Shown here: piece by piece, positions 1-9,813 of the stretch
Layout: every line of letters begins with the position of its first letter
How positions within the stretch are numbered: the stretch's first letter is position 1
Origin: a virus
Lineage: Duplodnaviria; Heunggongvirae; Uroviricota; Caudoviricetes
Reading direction: 5' to 3' (one strand)
Virus record (IMG/VR): IMGVR_UViG_3300038345_000251
Span: 1 to 64,000 of that record
DNA length: 64,000 nucleotides
The notes under the pieces: model-generated
What the model saw: only the letters and a program-made list of their open reading frames with translations
Told to the model about the DNA's origin: nothing
Database searches by the model: none
Made by a program: the position numbers and the translations under genes

Positions 1-2
1 GA

Positions 3-797
3 CTTAACCCAAACAATACAAATGAGGTTAAGAAACAAGCAAAGCTATTATTGGAATTAGTTCCAAAGCAAGAGTGGAGCGAGGAAGATGAACATTACTT
101 GCATCAACTAATTCTGTTTTGCGAAAATTGTATGCAACAAGACAGTGAGGCAATAAGGTGCGCTACTTGGCTCAAATCTCTTCCTGAAAGATTCGGTTTA
201 CAACCAAAGCAAGAGTGGAACAAGGAGGATGAGGACAAAATGGAGCAGTGTATCACGATAGTTAGCGGTTGGGAGGTAGATTATGATTTTACAAAATCTC
301 CTTTTTCTAATTTCCTCAAATCCCTCCGTCCACAACCAAAGCAAGAGTGGAGCGATGAAGAGAAAGACAAGTTGAATAGAATCGAGCGCATTATTGTTAA
401 TGCTAATGCACACGGCAATTCCATTATAGGAGATAAAGAGGCAATCGAATTGCAACACTTCATTCATTCGCTGGTAAAGCCAGTTATCAATATCGTGGAG
501 TGGAGCGAGGATAAAGAAATAATAAGGCAAAATGGACGTTTGGATGTGTGTTATAATCCCGAAAAGTACGGATTGTGCAATAAAACAGAATCTATAAAAG
601 ACGCTACAAAGTTTGGCAACCTTGAATATGAACGTGGAGTAAAAGACGGAATACAGAGCGAAAAAAAACGTCATTGGAAACCCAGCGAGAAACAGCTTAT
701 AGCGTTGAGATATTATCTTAATCACGTACCATATTCCCCACACAAAGAGCACCTTTCTTCTTTGCGAGACGATTGCGAAAAACTTTTTTTTCAATAA
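3..797 (+). CDS. Hypothetical phage protein with tandem PKQEW(S/N)EED repeats (5' end probably outside window)
   Basis: Frame is open back to the window start; repeats PKQEWSEED, PKQEWNKED, PKQEWSDEE, VEWSED and a C-terminal HWKPSEKQ. Confidence 0.7.
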   Translation, partial: LNPNNTNEVKKQAKLLLELVPKQEWSEEDEHYLHQLILFCENCMQQDSEAIRCATWLKSLPERFGLQPKQEWNKEDEDKMEQCITIVSGWEVDYDFTKSPFSNFLKSLRPQPKQEWSDEEKDKLNRIERIIVNANAHGNSIIGDKEAIELQHFIHSLVKPVINIVEWSEDKEIIRQNGRLDVCYNPEKYGLCNKTESIKDATKFGNLEYERGVKDGIQSEKKRHWKPSEKQLIALRYYLNHVPYSPHKEHLSSLRDDCEKLFFQ

Positions 798-897
798 AAA
801 TATTAGATAAAAATTAATTATGTATTGTGAGGGTTGTACACAAGCAGATGAATTAACTTGCCCAAAATGTAAATTTTCTAAAATATTTAATAAACTT

Positions 898-1329
898 ATG
901 ATTACAGAAGATTATGTTTCATTTGAAGTAGCGAAACTCCTGAAAGAAAAGGGGTTTGACGAAAAATGTATTTCTGTTTACCACGATGGAGAGTTACAAC
1001 TTGTATCTTCACTTGGAGTTTTTTGTGGTGAGGGGTATGGTGAACAGATACTTACTTACACTAATTCAGAATGTGAATGGAGTCCGATTATGATTTCTGC
1101 ACCAACATTATGGGGGGTAATGAAATGGCTGAGGGAAGTACATAAATTGTTTATTTTTATTTCACCTTGGTTAATGCTTGAAAATAACATTCAGTATTAT
1201 TTCGAAATTCGTGAAATAAAAACACGTGATTTTGAAAGACTTTATGGTTATTCGTCAAAAGAATTAAATTCCTTTGAAAAAGTTACTGAAACTGCAATAA
1301 AGTATTGTCTTGAAAATTTGATTAATTAA
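898..1329 (+). CDS. Conserved phage hypothetical protein (EDYVSFEVAKLLKEKGF family)
   Basis: N-terminal VS(F/L)E(V/I)AKLLKE motif and APT...WLR motif shared with 2472..2948. Confidence 0.7.
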   Translation: MITEDYVSFEVAKLLKEKGFDEKCISVYHDGELQLVSSLGVFCGEGYGEQILTYTNSECEWSPIMISAPTLWGVMKWLREVHKLFIFISPWLMLENNIQYYFEIREIKTRDFERLYGYSSKELNSFEKVTETAIKYCLENLIN

Positions 1330-1375
1330 TATTTTTTTGTTATCTTTGTATTAAATAATAAATAATAAATAAATT

Positions 1376-1636
1376 ATGGCAGCAACTGATTATGAAATTG
1401 TAAATGGTTGGTTTAACCCTTATCTTGCGAAAAAGAAAAAATCTAAATCTAAAACCATGTCACAAGATAGAAGAATAATTACCGATAATGAAATACTCGG
1501 CCTGTTCGAATTCTATCTCCGTAGATGGTGCTCCGAAAATAGAAAAAATACTGTTGTAATTACTAATGCATCAGGTAAAGAATTGTTCGAAGCAACTCTC
1601 ATTGATAATGAAGAAGAAGATGAACCAAATGAATAA
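1376..1636 (+). CDS. Hypothetical protein
   Basis: ORF track; TATCTTTG Bacteroidota -7 box at ~1341 upstream. Confidence 0.6.
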   Translation: MAATDYEIVNGWFNPYLAKKKKSKSKTMSQDRRIITDNEILGLFEFYLRRWCSENRKNTVVITNASGKELFEATLIDNEEEDEPNE

Positions 1637-1766
1637 AGAAGAAATTAAAAACTATCTTAAAGATAATCTTAAACTCGTCTGGCACTATTACGGTCCAGAT
1701 AAACTGTTTATTGAATTACAACTTGAAGGTGAAATTATATCTAAATTACCATTTGAACAATATTAA
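1629..1766 (+). CDS. Small hypothetical protein
   Basis: ATG overlapping end of previous gene, MNKEEIKNYLKDNL... Confidence 0.5.
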   Translation: MNKEEIKNYLKDNLKLVWHYYGPDKLFIELQLEGEIISKLPFEQY

Positions 1767-1824
1767 TTATGGAAAATAAAATATTGGTATAAATTTGAAA
1801 AATAATAAAAAATTTGGAAATAAC

Positions 1825-2475
1825 ATGGCAATTTATAAAGAAAAAACAGATTTTGGTGATGCTTATGGAATTACTATTGAACATGATGGAAAAACATTGC
1901 GTTTAATGAGGGTTATTGATGGTGGCGACCCTTTGGGTGAAAACCTTTTGGGAACACCTTATCTTAACTGTAATTTAAATATTGTTGATAATGTTGAGAA
2001 AGAATATGCTGATTTTGAAAATACCGATAACAAACAATGCTTTTTCTGGGAAGTTGAAGGTGACAGGGAACAAAGTCAGAAAAACTTTAAAGCTGCTTGT
2101 GAGCATTATCATAAAATATACGGACATAGAAAAGGAATACTGGATGAAAAAGGAATATTGAAAAATAACAAGGAAAATAAATATTTTTATGCAGCAGTAA
2201 TTGATGGCTATCAATACTCAGAAGTTTCAACAATAAGATATAAAAACTTCGTTGATTTCGCTATCCATTGTATGGAAGATTGTATTGATGATGAACTGAA
2301 AAAATATTTTAAAGATGAAGATACCTACTTCACCGACTATCAGTCTTTCTTCGATGATTACTATGGCTATACTTCCTATTACTTTGCATTGGATGAGAAT
2401 GGTAATGAATTGGATGATGAAGAAGATAACGATTTAACCTTCCAAAACTATTGTAAAAAACTTAATCTAATATGA
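1825..2475 (+). CDS. Hypothetical acidic protein
   Basis: Long ORF, ATGA overlap with next gene. Confidence 0.6.
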   Translation: MAIYKEKTDFGDAYGITIEHDGKTLRLMRVIDGGDPLGENLLGTPYLNCNLNIVDNVEKEYADFENTDNKQCFFWEVEGDREQSQKNFKAACEHYHKIYGHRKGILDEKGILKNNKENKYFYAAVIDGYQYSEVSTIRYKNFVDFAIHCMEDCIDDELKKYFKDEDTYFTDYQSFFDDYYGYTSYYFALDENGNELDDEEDNDLTFQNYCKKLNLI

Positions 2476-2948
2476 TAGAAGAAAAAAATGTATCTCTTGA
2501 AATAGCCAAACTCTTAAAAGAAAATAACTTTAAGGAATGGTGTAACTACTGTTATGGTACAGATGTAAGACATAATAATATATCTATTGATGAAGATACT
2601 GAATTCGAACTTAAATGCGAAGGTAAAGAAAATGAAATAGAATATGTTGATGGCGGTGTCCTTCACTATTTCTGGTACCGTAATAATGAAGATGATAAAC
2701 TATATGCTGCTCCTACACATACTGTAGTTAGTGCTTGGCTTAGAACTAAAAAACTCTACCTTGATACTATAACTATGTGGAATAGCCTCGGTATCGTTAC
2801 CCATTATGAAACTAATCTCTATGATGGAAACCATTTTCATAAATACCTTACTATAGGTAAAGGAACTACTGTCGAAGATTCCCTTGAAAATGCCTTTAAA
2901 TTCTGCTTCCAACATATGAATGATTTACTGCCTAAAATCTCTAACTGA
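2472..2948 (+). CDS. Paralog of 898..1329 hypothetical protein
   Basis: VSLEIAKLLKENNF and AAPTHTVVSAWLR motifs. Confidence 0.7.
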   Translation: MIEEKNVSLEIAKLLKENNFKEWCNYCYGTDVRHNNISIDEDTEFELKCEGKENEIEYVDGGVLHYFWYRNNEDDKLYAAPTHTVVSAWLRTKKLYLDTITMWNSLGIVTHYETNLYDGNHFHKYLTIGKGTTVEDSLENAFKFCFQHMNDLLPKISN

Positions 2949-2950
2949 AT

Positions 2951-3391
2951 ATGAAGAATAATAAGAAAAAAAATATCCCATATTATACAGGAGAAGGACA
3001 AAATTTTAAGTTTAGAAAAGTAAAAGAAAAATTCTACGCTGGTAGATGGTTCATGCCCAATGAATTTGTTCCTGTTATTCCAGATAATGATACTAAATAC
3101 CAATACTTCGTTAAACTGTCAGAAGACTTCTCTTTCTTCCTTGATAAATCTATCCTCTATGATGAAGTGTTAACTCACTACCTGTTATATACAGAATATC
3201 AAAAATATGTCGAATCAGATTGGGAAAACTTTAAACCTCTTAATAACTTCGCTCAACAAATCTGCCAATCTAATCCGTTTAATCCAGGTAATAACTTATC
3301 TTGGAAAAATAACTTCTCTTGGAAAACTGAACCTACTTATGATTCTTCCATATATAAAATGAATAACTCAACAGATGATTATATACTATGA
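2951..3391 (+). CDS. Hypothetical protein
   Basis: ORF track, operon-like spacing. Confidence 0.55.
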   Translation: MKNNKKKNIPYYTGEGQNFKFRKVKEKFYAGRWFMPNEFVPVIPDNDTKYQYFVKLSEDFSFFLDKSILYDEVLTHYLLYTEYQKYVESDWENFKPLNNFAQQICQSNPFNPGNNLSWKNNFSWKTEPTYDSSIYKMNNSTDDYIL

Positions 3392-3648
3392 AACAAAAAC
3401 AACCTTACTCCGTATTCTATACATTCCAACCAGGCTATGATTCTGGCTATACCATTGTAGAAGATAAAATCCAACGTGTTATCGTTGACAGTATTAATAT
3501 CTCTATTAATGATAAACTTGAACAGTATATCCAATATACCTGCTCACTACCCGATAACCCTGATTCTATATACTTCGTAGATGAAAATTTACTCTTTAAA
3601 TCACCTACAGAACTACTTAATCACCTCCAAAATAATATCGTAAAATAG
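3388..3648 (+). CDS. Hypothetical protein
   Basis: ATGA overlap with upstream gene. Confidence 0.55.
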   Translation: MKQKQPYSVFYTFQPGYDSGYTIVEDKIQRVIVDSINISINDKLEQYIQYTCSLPDNPDSIYFVDENLLFKSPTELLNHLQNNIVK

Positions 3649-4077
3649 TTGGTCAGAGTACTTTCTGCGTAACTTTCTAATCTATAGTTAATTACAAAAT
3701 GAATACATTTTTTGAATTTTTAACAATGTTAAAATGTTAGTAATTAGATAATTATATTTCTGTGGAAAAAAATGGAATAAAGTGGAAAAGTATGTAGATA
3801 TTATATAGGAAATTTAGTCTAAAAATTAGGTATGAAAAGAAATTAATTATGAACAAAAATAATTTATCTGAAATTGATGTTAAAGAAAGCTGTAAAAAAA
3901 TTGTGGCTTGTGAAAATTATCCCAGTAAAATTTTGACCAGTAAAACACTAGAATTTAGACTATTAAAGATAATAAAAAACAAGTATTTAGGATAATTTAG
4001 CACAGCGAAAAATATATATTTAAAAAATTTCTCAGGGGAATTTTCAGAATTTATAATTTATTAGCACAAAAAAATGA

Positions 4078-4470
4078 CTACTCAGGGATTTCTGGGTAGT
4101 CATTGTCATTTAAATCATCGGTATCAGAAGTATCATCATCTAAATCATCATCTGGATTACCAGTATCATAATCGGGGTAATCGTAACCGTTATCATCTGG
4201 AAATCCAGGGGGATAGTTATGAGGATTATGGTGGTGATTACCTGGAAATCCAGTATGTTTATTATCTGGAAATCCAGTAGATTTTTTTTGGTTATAACCG
4301 TTCAGTTCATCTATATTACCTAAAGCTTGTGAAAGGATAAAGAGAGAAACAATAATTAGTAATACATTTACTAATACTGAAGAGAATGTGAACACAATGG
4401 CAGCATAAATGCCTGAGAAAGTCAGAACTAACTCTCCTAATACTTTTAATTTAACAAATAAATTTTTCAT
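4078..4470 (-). CDS. Putative membrane protein with acidic low-complexity tail
   Basis: Two hydrophobic N-terminal segments, GFP repeats, D-rich C-terminus; CTATTTAT motif ~25 nt upstream. Confidence 0.5.
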   Translation of the reverse strand: MKNLFVKLKVLGELVLTFSGIYAAIVFTFSSVLVNVLLIIVSLFILSQALGNIDELNGYNQKKSTGFPDNKHTGFPGNHHHNPHNYPPGFPDDNGYDYPDYDTGNPDDDLDDDTSDTDDLNDNDYPEIPE

Positions 4471-4616
4471 ACGCAACAAATTTTAATCTATAATAAATAG
4501 TTAAGATAGAGTTAAAGTATGAAAAAAGCACTCACAAATGTTGTTATGAGTGCTTATGTACCCAAATGAGTACCTTAAGTGTTAACTATTTTTAATTAAA
4601 TATAATAATAGAGAAG

Positions 4617-5135
4617 TTAAGAGTTTTCTAATTCTTTTTTAAGTTGGTTATATTTTTGGAGGTACCAGGATTCTTTATTTAAATCTTGTCGTATTGGATT
4701 ATCTGGTTTTTCACCGAGGCGCATTCTATATTTAAAGGCGGTTAATTTACACCATATTGCTGTTTCATATTTGCCCCATATTTTCTCCATCATATCTACA
4801 ACTTCGACATCATATTTATTATAATGTGAAGGGTGGTTTACTTGTTCATAAGGTTTATCATTATCTTGGGGACTCAAATGAGTACCTTCGGTTTTATTTT
4901 GAGCATATTTATATCTATTAAAGAGAACAGCGATATTATAGATTTTTTCATCTTCAGAAATATTTTGAGAAATAGTATTTTTAACAGCTGTTTCCATGAA
5001 TTTAAGAAACTTCATTGCAATGGTATGTTCGTCCATTTTTCTAAGTTTCATAAACTTATTTAAGATATTTATATCATCTTCTGTATAGTATGCTATATCA
5101 GAGAGTATTGTACGTTCATTAAGAGTGAGTTCCAT
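4617..5135 (-). CDS. DUF3310 / T7 gp1.7-like nucleotide kinase domain protein
   Basis: C-terminal VNHPSHYN...EVVD...FKYRMR.G.K...DLNK..WY signature. Confidence 0.75.
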   Translation of the reverse strand: MELTLNERTILSDIAYYTEDDINILNKFMKLRKMDEHTIAMKFLKFMETAVKNTISQNISEDEKIYNIAVLFNRYKYAQNKTEGTHLSPQDNDKPYEQVNHPSHYNKYDVEVVDMMEKIWGKYETAIWCKLTAFKYRMRLGEKPDNPIRQDLNKESWYLQKYNQLKKELENS

Positions 5136-5343
5136 ATTTATCTAATCTTTCTATTATTAATTTCACATCAGGATATTTAGCAAAGTCTTCTTTAATTTGT
5201 TTTTCATGGTAATCCAGATTATCAAATTGAAAGAATGGATTATAACCTGAATCAATTAGATTATTATTTTCGTCATAAGTGAAATAAGTAATGTATTTAA
5301 CACCATAGACATTAACAAATTTAAATATATACTTTTTACCCAT
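5119..5343 (-). CDS. Hypothetical protein
   Basis: ORF track (start moved to MGKKY). Confidence 0.5.
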   Translation of the reverse strand: MGKKYIFKFVNVYGVKYITYFTYDENNNLIDSGYNPFFQFDNLDYHEKQIKEDFAKYPDVKLIIERLDKYGTHS

Positions 5344-5549
5344 GTTATTACAAATATACAATTATTTTATTAGGAAATCAATAGAATTATACCAAAGAAA
5401 ATAGCAAAGGTAGAACACTGTGCAATTAGATATAGAGTAAACCAATCGTCATATTCAGGATTAAAAGAATCAGTTCTTTTAGCGAAATTATTTTCAAGAA
5501 TAATGCCTATAGCAAGTAAAATAATACCAAGGATAATATTCATATGGAA

Positions 5550-5927
5550 TTAATATTTAAGAAAAGTACATTTACCATTTTTACGGACCAACAGATTTCC
5601 GATTTCAATACCATTAGACCCTTTACTTGGGTGAGTATACGACACATGAAATCTAATATAGATATTACCTGTTTCTTCTTCCTGCCATGCATTCCCCCAC
5701 AGTTTAACGGAAGAGAAAACGCTACGTAACATTTTATTTCCTCTCATTTTATTTTCTACATCAGAACCTGTATCAGTTACTTCGACATAAGATTTATAAT
5801 CTTTAGCAACCAGGTTAACATTCACACCAAAATGGTGGTAAACCGCTTTCTGAATAGCATCCTTAATTTTAGTTTTACCAATACCGTTAATGGAATTCAC
5901 AAGTTCTTCATTAGATTTTGTCTGCAT
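5550..5927 (-). CDS. Hypothetical protein
   Basis: ORF track; sigma54-like promoter upstream. Confidence 0.6.
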   Translation of the reverse strand: MQTKSNEELVNSINGIGKTKIKDAIQKAVYHHFGVNVNLVAKDYKSYVEVTDTGSDVENKMRGNKMLRSVFSSVKLWGNAWQEEETGNIYIRFHVSYTHPSKGSNGIEIGNLLVRKNGKCTFLKY

Positions 5928-6015
5928 AATTAAATCTGTTTTTTATTAATATATACGTTACTATTATTAAATTGTTTCAGTTAATTTCTTTATTTCCTGT
6001 TACACATATATAATA

Positions 6016-6030
6016 TCAATTACCGTGCCA
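6016..6030 (-). promoter_or_regulatory. Sigma54-like promoter (-24/-12)
   Basis: TGGCACGGTAATTGA vs consensus TGGCACG-N4-TTGC. Confidence 0.5.
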
Positions 6031-6246
6031 TAGAAAATAATATATTAATTATTTTTTTACTCCAGTAAATAATTAGTCCAGTAATATACCAGAAATCCAG
6101 CAAATAATTAAAAACTAGAAATCCAGCAATAATATATAATAAAAAAAACCATTCATCTGTTCTCGCGCTTGTCAAACGATACTGAGAGAATGGTTGGAAA
6201 AAAAGGAGGATAAGTCATGCCTATGAGAAAGCATGATAGATTAAAA

Positions 6247-6503
6247 AACAGAATACGAATAACACAAGTTTTTTTACAAGTTATTTATCAAGTAAAATCT
6301 TGGAAAGGGTTGGATTTAATGTCCTCTTTCACCTTACGATAGGACTCACCTAATTAATTAAGAATAATTAAATAAGAGATTTGCTGTACGTATTCTTCAA
6401 AGAACTTTTGCCAAGTCGGGGTTTAAGTCTCAGGAATCATTTTCTTTTAGTATAGAGTTAAAACCTTTATGTATAAGAAAATATTGCTGTCAGATTCCTT
6501 ATC
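6247..6503 (-). ncRNA. Two tandem ACAGCAA-motif structured RNA elements downstream of tRNA-Met
   Basis: AGGAATC-TG-ACAGCAA...GATTCCTG and AGAATACG-T-ACAGCAA...CGTATTCTG; different but complementary closing stems. Confidence 0.45.
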
Positions 6504-6507
6504 TTAG

Positions 6508-6582
6508 TTGCGGATGCAGGATTCGAACCTGCGTAGACCTGCTTATGAGACAGGGCTGGGACCAACTCCAGTCTAACCCGCT
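6508..6582 (-). tRNA. tRNA-Met (CAT), possibly initiator-type
   Basis: Cloverleaf: anticodon arm CCTGT-CTCATAA-GCAGG, T arm GCAGG-TTCGAAT-CCTGC, 1:72 mismatch in acceptor stem. Confidence 0.85.
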
Positions 6583-6588
6583 ATTTTT

Positions 6589-7089
6589 CTATATATGTTT
6601 CCAAGTAACTCTCTTAATTATAAACTTAATTGTTGATTCGCTTACTTGATATTCTTTTGCTAATTTTTTAATACCATATACATTTGGTATATATTTACTT
6701 CTAATTTCTTTTACTTCTTTTTCTGTTAATTTAGCATCCCAATGTTCTTCACCTTTATGATTTACTAACAAACCTGTTTTTACTGCATGTTGCATATTTT
6801 CAGATTGTGTTACCATTTCAAGATTAGAAACATTATTATTTGTTTTATCTCCATCAATATGGTTAACTTGTAAATCTAATGTAAAGTCTGGTAAATAATG
6901 TTTAGCAACAAGTCTATGTGTTACGAATGATTTATATTTACCGTTTTTACAAAGGTTAACATATGGTCTACCTTGTTTGTTAATTCTTTGTTTAACTTCT
7001 CTCATTTCTTTGTATTTTGTGGAAAACACTTTTCCATCGTCAGAAATGAAATAATCGTCATAGCCTTCAATTGCAACCAACCTACTCAT
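6589..7089 (-). CDS. NUMOD4/HNH homing endonuclease
   Basis: IEGYDDYFISDDGKVFS (NUMOD4), HRLVA..VNHIDGDKTNNNVSNLE (HNH), C-terminal HTH. Confidence 0.9.
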   Translation of the reverse strand: MSRLVAIEGYDDYFISDDGKVFSTKYKEMREVKQRINKQGRPYVNLCKNGKYKSFVTHRLVAKHYLPDFTLDLQVNHIDGDKTNNNVSNLEMVTQSENMQHAVKTGLLVNHKGEEHWDAKLTEKEVKEIRSKYIPNVYGIKKLAKEYQVSESTIKFIIKRVTWKHI

Positions 7090-7126
7090 TTTATTTAGCT
7101 ATTATTTTATTTATATTTCTTAACTT

Positions 7127-7195
7127 TGCAGAAATGATTGGATTTGAACCAACATCACCCTTGTCGGGTATTTTTCCTATTAAAACCACATTTCC
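7127..7195 (-). tRNA. Aberrant tRNA-like gene (shortened anticodon arm)
   Basis: Acceptor GGAAATG/CATTTCT, T arm GTTGG-TTCAAAT-CCAAT, anticodon arm ACCC-GACAA-GGGT with 5-nt loop. Confidence 0.55.
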
Positions 7196-7512
7196 TTTCG
7201 GCTCTTTAATTGTGCACATTAAAAAAGCACGAGCCACCAAGTTTTAAACTACACTGCTTAAGCCTTACGTGTAAAAATCCTAATTACATCAATAGACTTG
7301 GAACTATTGAGAATTAAATGAAAAAGAACTATCAAAATTAATATTTTGGATGTGTGTTTGTCCACTGCCACTTCCATAATTAATTTCAGTACAAAGGTAC
7401 AAATAAATATTTAAAAAAACAAGAAAAATCTTAATTTTTTTTACATTTATTTATAAATTTGTAGCGATGATGGGACTCGAACCCATACGGCCCCTTCGGG
7501 CCAAGGGATTTT

Positions 7513-8489
7513 CTTACCACTATAGCTTTCGCTACCAATATCTTCATTAACGACTTCTCGTTCACCGGGTCATTAGCCTAGTATGGGATTCAAACCCATC
7601 ATATTGTTTGTAGTCTGGACTGTATCTTGACCCTATTGAAATCTTGCAAGTAAGGTTGTTACAAGGAAAGAATAATTCATTTCCATCTATAACCTATTTC
7701 AACTTAGGTCCCTCCTGTATCTCGTCTCTACACACTGTCTATATTATCTTAAATGAAAGAAATCATTTCACTATGAAATAGGTACTATCTACCCCTATTT
7801 CATTTAAGATAATTTTAACATTGGCTCGGTATTAACATGCAGCCAGATTCGAACTGGCTCTCCACTGTTAGTTGGGAGTGTCATATATCACTATGTTTAG
7901 TCTTCACCGAATTAGGGAGGTTCTACATCACTAATTTCTTAATGAGCACTCTTATTTTTGCCACGATAGTTATCTGTTAACGAATGACAATTAGGACAAA
8001 GCATTTGTAAATTCTCCAGCCTATTGTCTGTGTTGTCACCGTTAATGTGATGAAGTTCTAAAGGTATTGGTTTCCCTAACCATTCTGTGTTACCACATTT
8101 TTCACATCTATGTTCTTTTATTCCTTCTTTCAAAAGTCTTTTTTTTAATTTAAACGATTGATAAGTAGAATTCTTTACTAATAGTGTGTTTGTTTCTGCT
8201 GCTTTTTTCGGAATAAATTTTAATCCTTTGTTCCAACCTTGCCCGTCAAAATGGGATATATCAATGTTGTATTTCTTAGCAGCGTTTTTAATGATTCGAT
8301 AGTTTCCACCTTTATCTATTAAATTCAAGTTTCTTAATGCTTCTGCAATACTCCTTGCATTTTTAATAGCAACTTCATATTCTTCTTTAGTTCTTTGATG
8401 CTTCTTCATAACGTTTCTTTTGTTATAAATAGTTTCAAAAAACAAAAAGGAAGATGTAAGAGACAACTTTTTATTCGTGTCTACCTTAA
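7513..8489 (-). mobile_element. Group I intron (IC3-like) in tRNA-Leu anticodon, carrying an HNH ORF
   Basis: Follows U34, ends in G; core motifs AATTCGGTGAA (P), AATACCGAGCCAA (Q), GTAGAGACG (R), AAGATACAGTCC (S). Confidence 0.85.
7939..8409 (-). CDS. Intron-encoded HNH homing endonuclease
   Basis: CEKCG...LELHHINGDNTDNRLENLQMLCPNCH; own CTATTTAT motif at ~8425-8433. Confidence 0.9.
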   Translation of the reverse strand: MKKHQRTKEEYEVAIKNARSIAEALRNLNLIDKGGNYRIIKNAAKKYNIDISHFDGQGWNKGLKFIPKKAAETNTLLVKNSTYQSFKLKKRLLKEGIKEHRCEKCGNTEWLGKPIPLELHHINGDNTDNRLENLQMLCPNCHSLTDNYRGKNKSAH

Positions 8490-8571
8490 AAGTCCCTCGT
8501 GTCTACCAATTCCACCACATCGCCATTTCAAAGAACTTATATACTCAAATGAGTACTTTAAATGTAATATA

Positions 8572-8586
8572 GCAAATAATATGCCA
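8572..8586 (-). promoter_or_regulatory. Sigma54-like promoter upstream of tRNA-Leu
   Basis: TGGCATATTATTTGC with exact GG-N10-GC spacing. Confidence 0.55.
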
Positions 8587-8597
8587 AAAATTATGTG

Positions 8598-8671
8598 TGG
8601 TCCCTGTAGGACTTGAACCTACGACCTGCGGATTATGAGTCCGATGCTCTAACCAACTGAGCTAAGAGACC
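8598..8671 (-). tRNA. tRNA-Ile2 (CAT, lysidine type)
   Basis: GGTCTCTTAGCTCAGTTGGTTAGAGCATCGGACTCATAATCCG...GTTCAAGTCCTACAGGGACCA, closely like bacterial ileX-type tRNAs. Confidence 0.9.
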
Positions 8672-8891
8672 GATTAATTTATATTGCAAAGATACGAATT
8701 TTTTTTTAATTATGCAAATAAAATATCAAAAATCATTGGTAAATATGCGTCATATATAAAATCCCAATCTTTAATAATATTTAATATTAAAAATCTAAAG
8801 CTTTCTATTGTTAATATGAGAGCATCTGAGAGTGTCATAATCTATATATTTTATTATAAATATAGAGATTTTAATTTTTAAAATCAACAAA

Positions 8892-9305
8892 TTACTTTTT
8901 ATTTTTTATTTGTTTTACATAACATTGAATTTGTTTTAACTGATTAGTAGAGAACTTATCTTGTTCAATGCCAAGAATAGTAGTACCAGTATTATAAGTT
9001 ACTTCGTGTTTTTCCATAAGTTTTTCATGCTTTTCAGCATCAAGATTAACGGCTGCTAAGAGATTAGCGTGTTTAATAAATACTTTCACATCATCGTACT
9101 TCACATTATCAATATCTCCAGTAGTTCTATTCCAAATCATATAACCACTCTTCGTTACAATAATATTCATATTGCCAGAAGAATTCAATCCAATATGGTC
9201 CGAAACTCTAATTACTTTCTTATCCAAAAGAAAATAATAACTACGTTCTGAATGATTGATTTCAACGCCACCAAGACGTTTAATATATTTAATTACCTTT
9301 TCCAT
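8892..9305 (-). CDS. Hypothetical protein (SYY...IRVSDH motif)
   Basis: ORF track, start moved to MEKV. Confidence 0.6.
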   Translation of the reverse strand: MEKVIKYIKRLGGVEINHSERSYYFLLDKKVIRVSDHIGLNSSGNMNIIVTKSGYMIWNRTTGDIDNVKYDDVKVFIKHANLLAAVNLDAEKHEKLMEKHEVTYNTGTTILGIEQDKFSTNQLKQIQCYVKQIKNKK

Positions 9306-9306
9306 A

Positions 9307-9813
9307 TTACTCATCTTCATTTTCCCATTCATTCAGTTCTTCAATAATATCATCCCAATCAGTGGTAATGAAATCATATCCAATGCAATCAAAGTTATCA
9401 TCTTCGACAAACGTCTTACCTGTTTTCTCTTCATAATAGGCAATGAAATCATCTTTAAGACAACTCAAATCTTCATCGTCAAAGTTATCGTATTCATCAC
9501 CATTTTCCATAAGGTAATCAGCAAGTTCATCGAAATCAATATACTCTTCTGCATCATCGAAAGAGACAAGATTACCATAAGCGTCAAACTTTACATAATC
9601 ATCAGTAAAATTATAGCTACCATAACTAACAGCACGTAAAGCGTCAATAACGGCAGAAGGACCACTGAACATTTCAGACAATTGATATTCATCATTGTTA
9701 TAGATATAATCATACATATTATGTTCATTACAATATGAATCCCACAGAGAAACTTGCGTTTCAGAAGTCATACCCTTCAGGACGGTAATAATAGAATCTT
9801 TTCTTGTAATCAT
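9307..9813 (-). CDS. Highly acidic early protein (possible DNA mimic / anti-restriction)
   Basis: D/E-rich, YIDFDELADYL motif, own promoter repeat at ~9832. Confidence 0.6.
   Translation of the reverse strand: MITRKDSIITVLKGMTSETQVSLWDSYCNEHNMYDYIYNNDEYQLSEMFSGPSAVIDALRAVSYGSYNFTDDYVKFDAYGNLVSFDDAEEYIDFDELADYLMENGDEYDNFDDEDLSCLKDDFIAYYEEKTGKTFVEDDNFDCIGYDFITTDWDDIIEELNEWENEDE

Larger units (their letters stand above)
7462..8524 (-). tRNA. tRNA-Leu(TAA), exons 8490..8524 and 7462..7512, interrupted by group I intron
   Basis: 5' exon GGCGATGTGGTGGAATTGGTAGACACGAGGGACTT + 3' exon AAAATCCCTTGGCCCGAAGGGGCCGTATGGGTTCGAGTCCCATCATCGCTA gives a class II tRNA with loop CT-TAA-AA. Confidence 0.9.
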
